This document shows, piece by piece, positions 8,970-17,630 of a DNA stretch of 60,264 nucleotides. Below the pieces are notes generated by a model. That model was not told where the DNA came from and made no database searches. It saw nothing but the letters and a program-made list of their open reading frames with translations. Position numbers and translations under genes: made by a program. This DNA comes from a virus (taxonomy: Duplodnaviria; Caudoviricetes). The stretch covers positions 1 through 60,264 of the IMG/VR virus record IMGVR_UViG_3300035198_000074. One strand, given 5' to 3'. Position 1 is the stretch's first letter. Each line of letters begins with the position of its first letter.

Positions 8970-9889
8970 GGTGTATTCTCGCTAAAGAGAATCGGCTTAT
9001 TGCCATCAAAAATGACCACAAATCCTGTAACCCATTCATTATGACTGGTATCCCAGATGTTCTTATATGGGACTTTCCGCTTGTCCACCAAGCACCCAGG
9101 AGCAATTAAATGATGGATACCATCTGGGGCATATTCATGTCCCCACCAATGCCCATGACCAAATATCAGACTTTTGTGATGTTTGGCAAATAACCTAATA
9201 GAAGACAAGCCCCCAATCTTCACCACATTCTTGGGGTGACTCACCCTCCATTCTTTCCCTATATCGCAATACCTATAAGAGGATATTTTAATTTGTTTCT
9301 TGGCAGTCAGTAATTGCCAAATATCATCAAATGCTGTTGCCTTTCCCTGATCATATAATAATTTCCACATACGAATATCATGACTTCCGAGAAAGAAACG
9401 AACATCACTGAAGCCCGATACCAGTGCATTCATTAAGACATTGCTATACTCAACCTCCTTGTTAAAATCTACCATGTCTTCCTTTGATACCCACCACGTG
9501 GAAAACTGATCCTGATTCCAGAAATCGCCAGCATGGAGAAAATTCTTAATCCCATAGTGATTGGCTACCTTGAGCATCAAGTTAATGATTTCTTCATTTG
9601 TGAATGGGGAATGGGCATCAGCCGCAACGATCGCCTCATCCCAATTAAGCTTCCAGTAACCAGCCCAGTAATCTCTTGTAGCGAAAGGTTCTACAAATCG
9701 CTGATTAAGAGAATTGGGATGACCAATACCCAAAGCATGTTGAATTTCCGATAAGGAATAGCGTACATCATGATAGGATAATCGCTTTATTGATAGATTA
9801 TGCTTTTGGGCTAATTTGGAAACAGTGGCTCTATCAATATTTAATCGCTTACTTATTTCTGGCGATGTAAGAAAATCGTTTTTGATCAC
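8945..9889 (-). CDS. HTH-fused calcineurin-like metallophosphoesterase
   Basis: N-terminal HTH (EISKRLNIDRATVSK); DAH, GDFWN, GSHD, SH and GHGH motifs. Confidence 0.8.
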   Translation of the reverse strand: MIKNDFLTSPEISKRLNIDRATVSKLAQKHNLSIKRLSYHDVRYSLSEIQHALGIGHPNSLNQRFVEPFATRDYWAGYWKLNWDEAIVAADAHSPFTNEEIINLMLKVANHYGIKNFLHAGDFWNQDQFSTWWVSKEDMVDFNKEVEYSNVLMNALVSGFSDVRFFLGSHDIRMWKLLYDQGKATAFDDIWQLLTAKKQIKISSYRYCDIGKEWRVSHPKNVVKIGGLSSIRLFAKHHKSLIFGHGHWWGHEYAPDGIHHLIAPGCLVDKRKVPYKNIWDTSHNEWVTGFVVIFDGNKPILFSENTPWGKLIKK

Positions 9890-10395
9890 AATGCAGCCCC
9901 TACTATAAGGCCAAGAAACAGAAGTAATTCACCTATAGCCAATGATCGCCAAAATGTTTTCTTGCTCGCTTCCTTGGTAAGCCTATCTATTAGAGCACTC
10001 TGTTGTTGAATAATAGTATCTTTAGCTATTCCCTGCTCAATATAGAATTGAGCACGCTCATGCTCCAGTTCTGTCCTCTTCTTTTCAATATCAAGCAGTT
10101 GTTTGGCAATCTCTACTTGTTGCGTCAAGTTGGCATTCTGTTCAGATAGGTTTATATTGGATTCCTTTTGGGCAGCCAATTGTTCTTCAAGATTGTGCAG
10201 GCGTTCTTCAAGAATAGGAACCTTCTCCAAATCACGTACAATCTTCTCGCTGGATTCGTCTCCAATAATCAAGCCCCCGTAAGGAGAAGGTTTTCCTTCC
10301 TCAATTGTCTCAATCTGGGCAGAAACTTCAGTATCCCAAGCTACGTAGCAAATCCCTGCGATCAGGACGAGAAGTAGGAACAACAATCGAATCAT
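9886..10395 (-). CDS. spanin-like coiled-coil membrane protein
   Basis: N-terminal signal-like helix (MIRLLFLLL...), coiled coil, C-terminal TM helix; overlaps the Rz-like gene; lipobox not canonical. Confidence 0.5.
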   Translation of the reverse strand: MIRLLFLLLVLIAGICYVAWDTEVSAQIETIEEGKPSPYGGLIIGDESSEKIVRDLEKVPILEERLHNLEEQLAAQKESNINLSEQNANLTQQVEIAKQLLDIEKKRTELEHERAQFYIEQGIAKDTIIQQQSALIDRLTKEASKKTFWRSLAIGELLLFLGLIVGAAL

Positions 10396-10738
10396 ATTTT
10401 TTCTTAAGGTCAGCATATTTTCGCTCCAATTCGGTACTCCTTTTTTGTATCTCTGTATTCTGTGCAATTAGGGCAGTATTGCGTTTTTGAAGCTCAGCAA
10501 GACGCTTTCCAGCATCTTCTGCCTCCTTACTTAATTCACTTATGGACGTTTTATAGTCTTTTTCACGCATCTCTGCCTCTGCCTTCATTTGCTGCATCTC
10601 TTTTCTCAATTTATCTACTTCCTGTTTATAGGGGGAAGTGGATAGGATGCCACTAAAATATAAGAATAGAAATACAACGACAGGAATTGCCACTATCCAG
10701 AACCACTTACTTTTCAGGATTGCCATTACTGCCTCCAA
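10328..10738 (-). CDS. Rz-like i-spanin
   Basis: N-terminal TM followed by a long coiled coil, downstream of endolysin and holin. Confidence 0.55.
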   Translation of the reverse strand: MEAVMAILKSKWFWIVAIPVVVFLFLYFSGILSTSPYKQEVDKLRKEMQQMKAEAEMREKDYKTSISELSKEAEDAGKRLAELQKRNTALIAQNTEIQKRSTELERKYADLKKKYDSIVVPTSRPDRRDLLRSLGY

Positions 10739-11036
10739 TATGGATATTAGGACCCACTTGCTTTAGACCATATAGCATTGCAATTAACCCAGATAAAGCA
10801 ACAGGTAAATCGGGAATTATGCCTTTTGTCAAAACAATATAGCCAGAATAGTAGATATAGGAGACAACCAACAAGAAACACATGAGCCTACCCGAACTTA
10901 GCACTTTTGTCTTATCATCCTGTAGAAATTCTTTCAGTGTATTGGAGTAGGCAATTAGAATGACTAATCCAATCATCATACAAATGAATAGAAAAACGAT
11001 AATTGGCTGAGAATTGCTTATAAAGAAAGACAGCAA
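10707..11036 (-). CDS. putative holin
   Basis: Three TM helices, LSSGRL motif, lysis context. Confidence 0.6.
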   Translation of the reverse strand: MLSFFISNSQPIIVFLFICMMIGLVILIAYSNTLKEFLQDDKTKVLSSGRLMCFLLVVSYIYYSGYIVLTKGIIPDLPVALSGLIAMLYGLKQVGPNIHIGGSNGNPEK

Positions 11037-11051
11037 TTAACACCTCTATGA

Positions 11052-11100
11052 GAAAAAGAATGGCAGGGGCAAAACATAATATGCCCCCTGCCAGAAAAAG
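11052..11100 (-). terminator. intrinsic terminator-like hairpin
   Basis: TGGCAGGGG(C)...(C)CCCCTGCCA stem; U-rich tail on the - strand. Confidence 0.6.
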
Positions 11101-11106
11101 CAAGGT

Positions 11107-11295
11107 TTACTTTAATGCGTCTTCAATCTTCTGCTTCAAGTCTTCAAGTTTAGCTTTTCCGAGGCTAAGTAGTTGATCTCGTTCTGCCTTGAGCATCTTG
11201 TCAATCCCGAAATACTTTGGATTGTTCCGCATTACAAAGAAACTTACCACAAATCCAATGACAAAACAAACAATGCAAGTTATTACATACCACAT
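11107..11295 (-). CDS. small single-TM lysis-region protein
   Basis: N-terminal TM, RNNPK motif. Confidence 0.6.
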   Translation of the reverse strand: MWYVITCIVCFVIGFVVSFFVMRNNPKYFGIDKMLKAERDQLLSLGKAKLEDLKQKIEDALK

Positions 11296-11319
11296 ACTTC
11301 TTCCCTCCTTTCTTTGAAT

Positions 11320-11733
11320 TTAGACCTGTATCCACCTTACGTGGAGCACAAATTCGTCCACGTCTTTAGTGCGAGCAAGAAATTCTTCAAATGCCTTGCC
11401 ACTTGAGACTACCCCGTAGCTGCCCAATACTGGTTCGTATTGTTCCCCCACTATTACGCATCCATGTGAATCATCATCAATATTCCCTTTATGAAAGAGA
11501 CAGGCAGTGCGGTTAGGAATATTGGTAATTTCAAACGTATTACCAAACTTGGGTGAAGTGACTCGTTTGCATATATAATCCCCGTCCGGGAAGCAACTAA
11601 TATTCTTCTGGTTGTCAAGCCATTCCCTTTCCAATGTAAGACAAAAAGGAATATTACCATCCAGTAATACGCCAAATGTGCCAAACAACGTGCTTGGAAA
11701 TCTATATAACCATATTTGCTTCACTTCCACCAT
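11320..11733 (-). CDS. DUF5675-family putative endolysin
   Basis: TFGVL, TLEREW, SCFPDGDY, FHKGN...DSHGCVIVG. Confidence 0.75.
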   Translation of the reverse strand: MVEVKQIWLYRFPSTLFGTFGVLLDGNIPFCLTLEREWLDNQKNISCFPDGDYICKRVTSPKFGNTFEITNIPNRTACLFHKGNIDDDSHGCVIVGEQYEPVLGSYGVVSSGKAFEEFLARTKDVDEFVLHVRWIQV

Positions 11734-11942
11734 CCTTTCTTCCTACCAGCCTCATCAGATGTGTTAATTAACAAGAAAAGTTCTTTATGACTTTTGCCAA
11801 TATTTGTTACAAGGGTAGCAAGTTCCTTCTCCTTTTGTTCAGGTAAATGTCGTGCCTTATGCGATAGCATTTCAATGACTACAAGTTTATCCCTTATCTT
11901 ATCTATGCGTTTCGGGGAATGATTAGATTGATTGCGCTCCAT
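11721..11942 (-). CDS. hypothetical protein
   Basis: Overlapping operon gene. Confidence 0.45.
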   Translation of the reverse strand: MERNQSNHSPKRIDKIRDKLVVIEMLSHKARHLPEQKEKELATLVTNIGKSHKELFLLINTSDEAGRKKGWWK

Positions 11943-12321
11943 AGGCTTCCAATAACATCTGATGAGCTACTTCAATGGCATCTTCTTTCGAAATCTCAAC
12001 ACGCTTCCCGTCATTATATAGAGCAAATCTATTTTCCTTAACCCAATATTCTATCGCAAGAATGTTAAATTTAGTCGTTGCCACAATAGCAATCATTTCC
12101 TGTTTAGGGAAATAACATGCCCAGATGTCAATCCCACTTTCTGTCGTTGCGAGTTTGGCAACATAGTAACCATTGGCGTTTTTAGGTTGTAATAATGCGG
12201 TCGCTTTTATTTTATCAAATGGGGTAGTAGGAGTGTCCTGCGCCGAAACTATTGTCAAACAGAAAAGGAAAATTATGGTAGCAATTATTAATTTCTTTCT
12301 CATTGACATCTTCTTACCCAT
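11923..12321 (-). CDS. exported protein with signal peptide
   Basis: MRKKLIIATIIFLFCLTIVSA-Q. Confidence 0.6.
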   Translation of the reverse strand: MGKKMSMRKKLIIATIIFLFCLTIVSAQDTPTTPFDKIKATALLQPKNANGYYVAKLATTESGIDIWACYFPKQEMIAIVATTKFNILAIEYWVKENRFALYNDGKRVEISKEDAIEVAHQMLLEAYGAQSI

Positions 12322-12562
12322 GGATTAGTTTATATAAAGTGTAGACAATACCAAGGGCAACAGTGAATCCACCACTTATGGCAGATAGTAATTTAAGCGT
12401 TCCATTTCGTCTTCGCTTCCTTGCAAACTCACATCCTTCATCATCAATCTTATCTATACATTGCCTTACGGCAGTTACTCCCTGAAATAATATCCAGTTT
12501 TGATCTTGGACAGGCTTTTGCTTGAAGTCCTGCTCAGTAATGTTGATCTCGAATCCGCTCAT
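12314..12562 (-). CDS. small protein with C-terminal TM (holin/antiholin-like)
   Basis: C-terminal hydrophobic helix, upstream of the lysis genes. Confidence 0.5.
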   Translation of the reverse strand: MSGFEINITEQDFKQKPVQDQNWILFQGVTAVRQCIDKIDDEGCEFARKRRRNGTLKLLSAISGGFTVALGIVYTLYKLIHG

Positions 12563-12581
12563 GGGCGCTTCTCCTCTTTTC

Positions 12582-14018
12582 TCAATATTTTTTCATCTTG
12601 TATCCTTTCTGAAATACTACTCCTTCAGGCGTTTGGGCGGTAGTAGCTCCCAATGATGGCCCCATTTCACTTTCAGCCTGTTGCAATAATGATGTAGCTA
12701 CTCCTTGCCGTCTACTTTTGGGAGCTACTTCAATCTTGTTAACTGTAAATCCTTCTGGCTTCTTAGTATACCATAGATAGCCTATATCATTGCCCTTAGT
12801 ATCTTTTGCCACCAGCATCCCATCATCAGGGCCAAATAGGGAAGTCTTGCGTTGGCCTCGGTAAGTATTAGATTCAATAATCTTAAAAGGTGGAGGTTGT
12901 TCAATGGGAGCCCTAAGTTGAGGTTGTTCAATGGGAGTGCCTAATTGTAGACTTCCTTTCTCACTTTTTAGAAGATTTGTTGGCCCGCCTTTTGGAAGCT
13001 GAAAGGTAGGGCCAGCAATCGTAGACTGGAAGAAGGGACTGGTTTCATCTACAACCTGCCACATATGCATAGCATCTTGTGAATATGGAGTGAATTTTTG
13101 CAATCCAACATATTCGAGATTTTCGGGCTTTACTCCCACCTTCTTAGCAGCTAATTGGGCATCTCTACTTAGTTCTGGTACCTTCATCCATTCAGATGGA
13201 GGCATATAATGACGCACTTCTTGTAACAATTCGGGGGTTTCCATAATATTCTTTTGTGCCACATTAACCCGACTTTCGGGTTCTGTCAAGACATTTTTTT
13301 GTCTTAATGGCTCAAGCATTTGACCAGTAGTTTCCAGTTCAGGTGTACCTTTACGAAGATCGAATAGTTCTGCACGCCCAACTTTGGCTTTAGGTGGCAT
13401 AGGTTTTTCAAGCCATACATCATAAGGATTAGTTTCATAAGCAGAACCAAGAGTTTCGATCATTGGGGATTTAGTAGAGGATGGAGGTATGGCAGGTCTC
13501 GCAGTTCCTTCTGGCATTCGAGTAATGAGACCTGGGGGAGTAACAGGATAAGGTGAAGGGCCTTTTGCCATCGCTTTGAGTCCTAATATCCCCATTAGGA
13601 TTTCAGGTGCCCCAGAAACGACAGTTCCAGCGCCTGTGGCAAGGAGAGGACTACCTGTTTTCTCCTGCACCCAATCAGCAACCTTCGGCCCAGTTTCCCT
13701 GGCAAGTTCAAAAGGTAATGCTATGGTGCGTTGAAGAGCTTGACCAGCTTGAGTTTTTGGCTGGTAGATTATTTCTGGTCGTGCAAGAAATTCTGATGCC
13801 TGTTTTAGGCCAATTTTTTCAGGTAGGCCAGGAGCGACTGCCTCTACACCTTGATGTACGCCTCCCACAATAAAAGAAGGAAGCCCAGATACCATACTTA
13901 AGGCAACTTCGGCAGGCCCGTAACCTGTAGCGACGTTTTTGACTGTCTCCAGAGATACGAGATAAGGATTATCTTCCTCTTCCCGCTTGATTTCTGGTGT
14001 CATCCAGGGTAACGCCAT
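12582..14018 (-). CDS. putative ejected internal virion protein with C-terminal GNAT acetyltransferase
   Basis: Gly/Ala amphipathic N-domain; IEVAPKSRRQGVATSLL acetyl-CoA motif A and TPEG. Confidence 0.7.
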   Translation of the reverse strand: MALPWMTPEIKREEEDNPYLVSLETVKNVATGYGPAEVALSMVSGLPSFIVGGVHQGVEAVAPGLPEKIGLKQASEFLARPEIIYQPKTQAGQALQRTIALPFELARETGPKVADWVQEKTGSPLLATGAGTVVSGAPEILMGILGLKAMAKGPSPYPVTPPGLITRMPEGTARPAIPPSSTKSPMIETLGSAYETNPYDVWLEKPMPPKAKVGRAELFDLRKGTPELETTGQMLEPLRQKNVLTEPESRVNVAQKNIMETPELLQEVRHYMPPSEWMKVPELSRDAQLAAKKVGVKPENLEYVGLQKFTPYSQDAMHMWQVVDETSPFFQSTIAGPTFQLPKGGPTNLLKSEKGSLQLGTPIEQPQLRAPIEQPPPFKIIESNTYRGQRKTSLFGPDDGMLVAKDTKGNDIGYLWYTKKPEGFTVNKIEVAPKSRRQGVATSLLQQAESEMGPSLGATTAQTPEGVVFQKGYKMKKY

Positions 14019-14027
14019 TATTTTACC

Positions 14028-15293
14028 TCAAAATTTAATCCCAATTGAATTAAGCTTATCTATTTCTTTATGCACATCATCAAAGCAATCAGGAAATAAA
14101 TCAATATAATATCCCTCTATTTCCCTTGAATACTCTTGAACCTTCCCGATTGCTTCATCTAAAGTGTTGCCTACAGCCACTATAGCACCTATTTCGGGTA
14201 ATCCCACATTCTGTGGAACAACATAATATTCTTCGTTTATTATAGTTAAGTTTCTAAGCTTTACATTTTCCCGCAAGTGCTTTGGAAATTGTACAGCCTG
14301 CCAATTCTTATCTGCCCAAGAGGAGTGAATTAGCATTTCAGCACCGTAGTTTCCTAAAAATTCGGGATCGATACATTTTCCTTCAGCGCCATACCATAAA
14401 ATGTCAGGCAAATTGGTAATAGAGAAAAGTTGTAATTCTCCAGGCGGAGAGCCAAATCTACAACACGGATCAGTTACGAATGGCATCCTATCGGCAAGTC
14501 TAATTCTCATTTCAGGTGAAATAAAATTACGATACTTGGCTCTCTTTAAAAAGGGAATCAATCGTTTGTTTACTTCAATTAATTGTTTTGGTAATTGTTT
14601 ATATTCACAGACAACGCCAACATATCCCTTATCCTTAACTTCAATTCCATACATTGTCTTATTTGGAAATATTCCATCTATGCAGGGTCCATCATAAGCA
14701 ATTTCAATAGCGTCATCTATAGAATCCTCTACGATAAACTCCGTGATTAATTTTTTTGCGCCAAGACTATGTTCCAATTCATCAAGTCTTGGTTCTATAA
14801 GTTTATAGTTCTTTGAATGAAATGATTCCATGTCCCCACGGGTAAGACTTATTTTAACCCATACATTATCGTGAGACTTCAGGTAAGTTCTAAGATTAGG
14901 AAGACCTATCACTATCTCATATTTTCCAATAGGGATACCTGCATTTTTGAGAAGTATTTTAGCCTCATGCCTTAATAACTCTAATTTTTCCCCCAGTCTG
15001 CTTCCCCATACTCTTTTTTTATATTTTTCCTCAAGTTCAAGTTGCAGACTTCCATGATAAATATCTGGAAAAACAAATAGATCGGTCTCGCTTATAACGC
15101 TGCTAACATCAAATATACGCATTACATCCGCAATCCCATATCCAACTAATCGCTGATTTGATTTTGGGAAAGGGCCTTCCCATGGGGAGTAATAATTAAC
15201 TTTCCCGAAATGCTTTGACAGGGTAATAGCCAATTCCACAAAAAGGCCATTATCAACAACAGTTACACATTTTGTTTTATAATTCTGTAACAT
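14028..15293 (-). CDS. PurD/GARS-like ATP-grasp ligase
   Basis: VWGS...LEL.R.EAK..L..AGIP, VWVK, FIVED...IEI, E.KDK, D...RFG.P. Confidence 0.7.
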   Translation of the reverse strand: MLQNYKTKCVTVVDNGLFVELAITLSKHFGKVNYYSPWEGPFPKSNQRLVGYGIADVMRIFDVSSVISETDLFVFPDIYHGSLQLELEEKYKKRVWGSRLGEKLELLRHEAKILLKNAGIPIGKYEIVIGLPNLRTYLKSHDNVWVKISLTRGDMESFHSKNYKLIEPRLDELEHSLGAKKLITEFIVEDSIDDAIEIAYDGPCIDGIFPNKTMYGIEVKDKGYVGVVCEYKQLPKQLIEVNKRLIPFLKRAKYRNFISPEMRIRLADRMPFVTDPCCRFGSPPGELQLFSITNLPDILWYGAEGKCIDPEFLGNYGAEMLIHSSWADKNWQAVQFPKHLRENVKLRNLTIINEEYYVVPQNVGLPEIGAIVAVGNTLDEAIGKVQEYSREIEGYYIDLFPDCFDDVHKEIDKLNSIGIKF

Positions 15294-15666
15294 CGTCTAG
15301 ACATAATCCTTCACAAAAAGTTTGTGTAATTTTCAAATGATTTGATCTAAGTATCTTTGCTACAACCGATGTCCAAAAGAGTTTGCAAGAACATATAATG
15401 AGATATCCTCCTCCTAAATCTTCCCACACATCCCAGGCAATGAATGAATCCGTGATTGGTTGAATAAAAGTATATCCATTGCCTCCTCTCCCTTTATGCG
15501 GATATTGATAAGTAACTGCGCCTGGAACTCTTCTTAAACCGACCTCACTAATGATATTGTCCACAATCTTTCTGCTTTTTGTTAAGGGAAGGTCTCCCTT
15601 AACAACAAATGAAGCGAGAAGTAACTTTGATCCGAATTTATCCATGTTTTTCTTGTAAATAGTCAT
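15277..15666 (-). CDS. divergent S-adenosylmethionine decarboxylase (AdoMetDC/SpeD-like) proenzyme
   Basis: G.TFIQPITDSFIAWDVW...YLIICSCKLF resembles the GxTxxxxxxESHxxxHTWPE...FSCK signature. Confidence 0.6.
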   Translation of the reverse strand: MTIYKKNMDKFGSKLLLASFVVKGDLPLTKSRKIVDNIISEVGLRRVPGAVTYQYPHKGRGGNGYTFIQPITDSFIAWDVWEDLGGGYLIICSCKLFWTSVVAKILRSNHLKITQTFCEGLCLDDVTEL

Positions 15667-16057
15667 TGTATTCCTTCCATGAAGTTCCAGTACAGGCACA
15701 GATCAATGCCTCAACTGCATTGGCGATAAGGTGTTCCTTCTTGTAAGGAGCATCGGAGTCTTCTCCTGGTTCGTCCATGCTTCCTGGATGTTTTTTGTCA
15801 AATTCCATGTCAAATTTATCAATATCTTCAAACTTCACTCCATCTATCTCACATAAAAAGCATTCAATTAAAGCATGAATTATAAGCAACTTGTTGTAGA
15901 TAGCGTTTCCTGTATCCGCAATGGTAATAAGTAAGCTTCCAGAGGGCAAACGGCGGTAATAATCATAGGTGTCATAAGGCATTTCATTCTTAGGCATCAA
16001 TACGATTCGTATATCTATCTTCTCTATATCCATTATTCTGGTTACCTTGCTGGCCAC
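15638..16057 (-). CDS. zincin-like / metal-binding protein
   Basis: IIHALIE...DEPGE...APY..EH. Confidence 0.45.
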   Translation of the reverse strand: MASKVTRIMDIEKIDIRIVLMPKNEMPYDTYDYYRRLPSGSLLITIADTGNAIYNKLLIIHALIECFLCEIDGVKFEDIDKFDMEFDKKHPGSMDEPGEDSDAPYKKEHLIANAVEALICACTGTSWKEYNDYLQEKHG

Positions 16058-17628
16058 TCTTCCCCTGTGCGTTGCTTAAACATTTGCTTGACCTTATCAG
16101 GAGATGCCCCTCTTGAAATAGCATCTTGCGCTTGAATAAGTTCCTTATCAACATTCACTGGAGGCGTAACCGTTTCCTTTTCTTGCGGTTTGCTTAATAA
16201 TCCACGTGTCGTGCCCTTCGAAATAGCTTCTTGAGCCTGTATAAGTTCCTTTCCCTTCTGTGGCACTCCTATTATCGTTCCAGCCATTAGACCTTTCTCG
16301 ACGGGAGGAAGCATTTTGCTTGCCCTGTCTAAAGCAATAGCCAACGCACTCTTGACTTTAGGAGAATCCAAAATGCCTATAACTAATCCAGCTATGGCTC
16401 CTGTTGCTGGACCACCCGCAGCATATCCAGCGCCTGCTCCACCAGCAACTTTCAGCGCTTTTCCAGCCATGGTTTTTAGAGGTATGCCGATTCCAATCAA
16501 ATCACGGTTCTGTATTCTCTTTACTGCTCTTTGGATTTCATCTTCAAGTTGAAGCATAGGCCCAACTTTTTCGTTTAATGTGGATATTTCTGGATATTGT
16601 TTTGCGATTTCGTCTTTTACCGCACGTGCAACAGTTTTTTGTGCTTCGTTAACAGCACTACTCAATTCTCCGTAACTTTTCCGTATAAGTTTATAGGTAT
16701 TCTGCTTAAATGCTTGGGCCTCCTCGGCAGACATATAATTACCCTGACTAAGCACTTTATTTCTTACGTCATTTATACTGGCATAAGTTTCTGGAGGCAT
16801 CCCCGACCTGTTATACATATCAATAAGACTATCGAGACTATCGGCAATATCCAAAGTTTTGATAGGTTTTGCGGTAACTTTTCCTTGTTTAATAATGGAG
16901 TCTATTTGATTCTCAATAGAGTCAATTTTAGTGGCAAGCTTATCCAAACCTCCCATAGTCGGAAGAATACCTTCCTCTACACCAGCCCGCATTGCTGATT
17001 CTCTTTTACCCACAGACAATTTCTGTCGTATACCTGGCTTGATAGCGCTTGTGTATAATCGCTCTGGAATGTTGAATTTCTCTATTGCTTTCCTACCGTA
17101 AGGAAACAGGAATGGCAATGCTTGGACACCAATGTCTGCTCCCGTGGCAACAATAGGGCTACCCGTAACATTTTCCGCAAATCTTCCTACTGTTTCAGCA
17201 GCTTTACCTAAATACCGAAACGGAATTCCCATCAACTCATATGCTCGTTGACCAGTTGGAGTTACTGGCTCAGGTGCAATGGCTTGCCCAATCTTAGCCA
17301 GTTTTTCCGTCCAACCTTCAGGTGAGGGTTCAACAGAAGATGCATATTTTTCATAAGATGATGGTTCAATAGGCGGTGCGTATTTTTCGTAAGTTGATTT
17401 AATCATGTGGGGAACCATAAATGGAAGGGAAGCAAGGCCAGTAGCCATCGAAACAAGATTTTCCCCAACACCTCTTGGTATTTCCGAATATCTGGTACTT
17501 GGAACCTGAGTCTCGGGTGGCTCTGGTGCTGGGGAAGCAATATTAAATGCTTGTGCGATTTCTGCTTTAGTAAGTGGAGTATCGGAAGAGATAGATTTAC
17601 CTGTTTCGGGATCAGTATATCTTGGCAT
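16042..17628 (-). CDS. putative ejected internal virion protein
   Basis: Helical; Gly/Ala hydrophobic hairpin near the C-terminus; N-domain paralogous to 12582-14018. Confidence 0.6.
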   Translation of the reverse strand: MPRYTDPETGKSISSDTPLTKAEIAQAFNIASPAPEPPETQVPSTRYSEIPRGVGENLVSMATGLASLPFMVPHMIKSTYEKYAPPIEPSSYEKYASSVEPSPEGWTEKLAKIGQAIAPEPVTPTGQRAYELMGIPFRYLGKAAETVGRFAENVTGSPIVATGADIGVQALPFLFPYGRKAIEKFNIPERLYTSAIKPGIRQKLSVGKRESAMRAGVEEGILPTMGGLDKLATKIDSIENQIDSIIKQGKVTAKPIKTLDIADSLDSLIDMYNRSGMPPETYASINDVRNKVLSQGNYMSAEEAQAFKQNTYKLIRKSYGELSSAVNEAQKTVARAVKDEIAKQYPEISTLNEKVGPMLQLEDEIQRAVKRIQNRDLIGIGIPLKTMAGKALKVAGGAGAGYAAGGPATGAIAGLVIGILDSPKVKSALAIALDRASKMLPPVEKGLMAGTIIGVPQKGKELIQAQEAISKGTTRGLLSKPQEKETVTPPVNVDKELIQAQDAISRGASPDKVKQMFKQRTGEEWPAR

Positions 17629-17630
17629 AC

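Noticed and set aside
14028-15293. Calling this gene purD as an auxiliary metabolic gene
   Set aside because: The canonical PurD N-terminal GxGGREH motif is absent and the context is virion genes, so only the fold-level call is supported.
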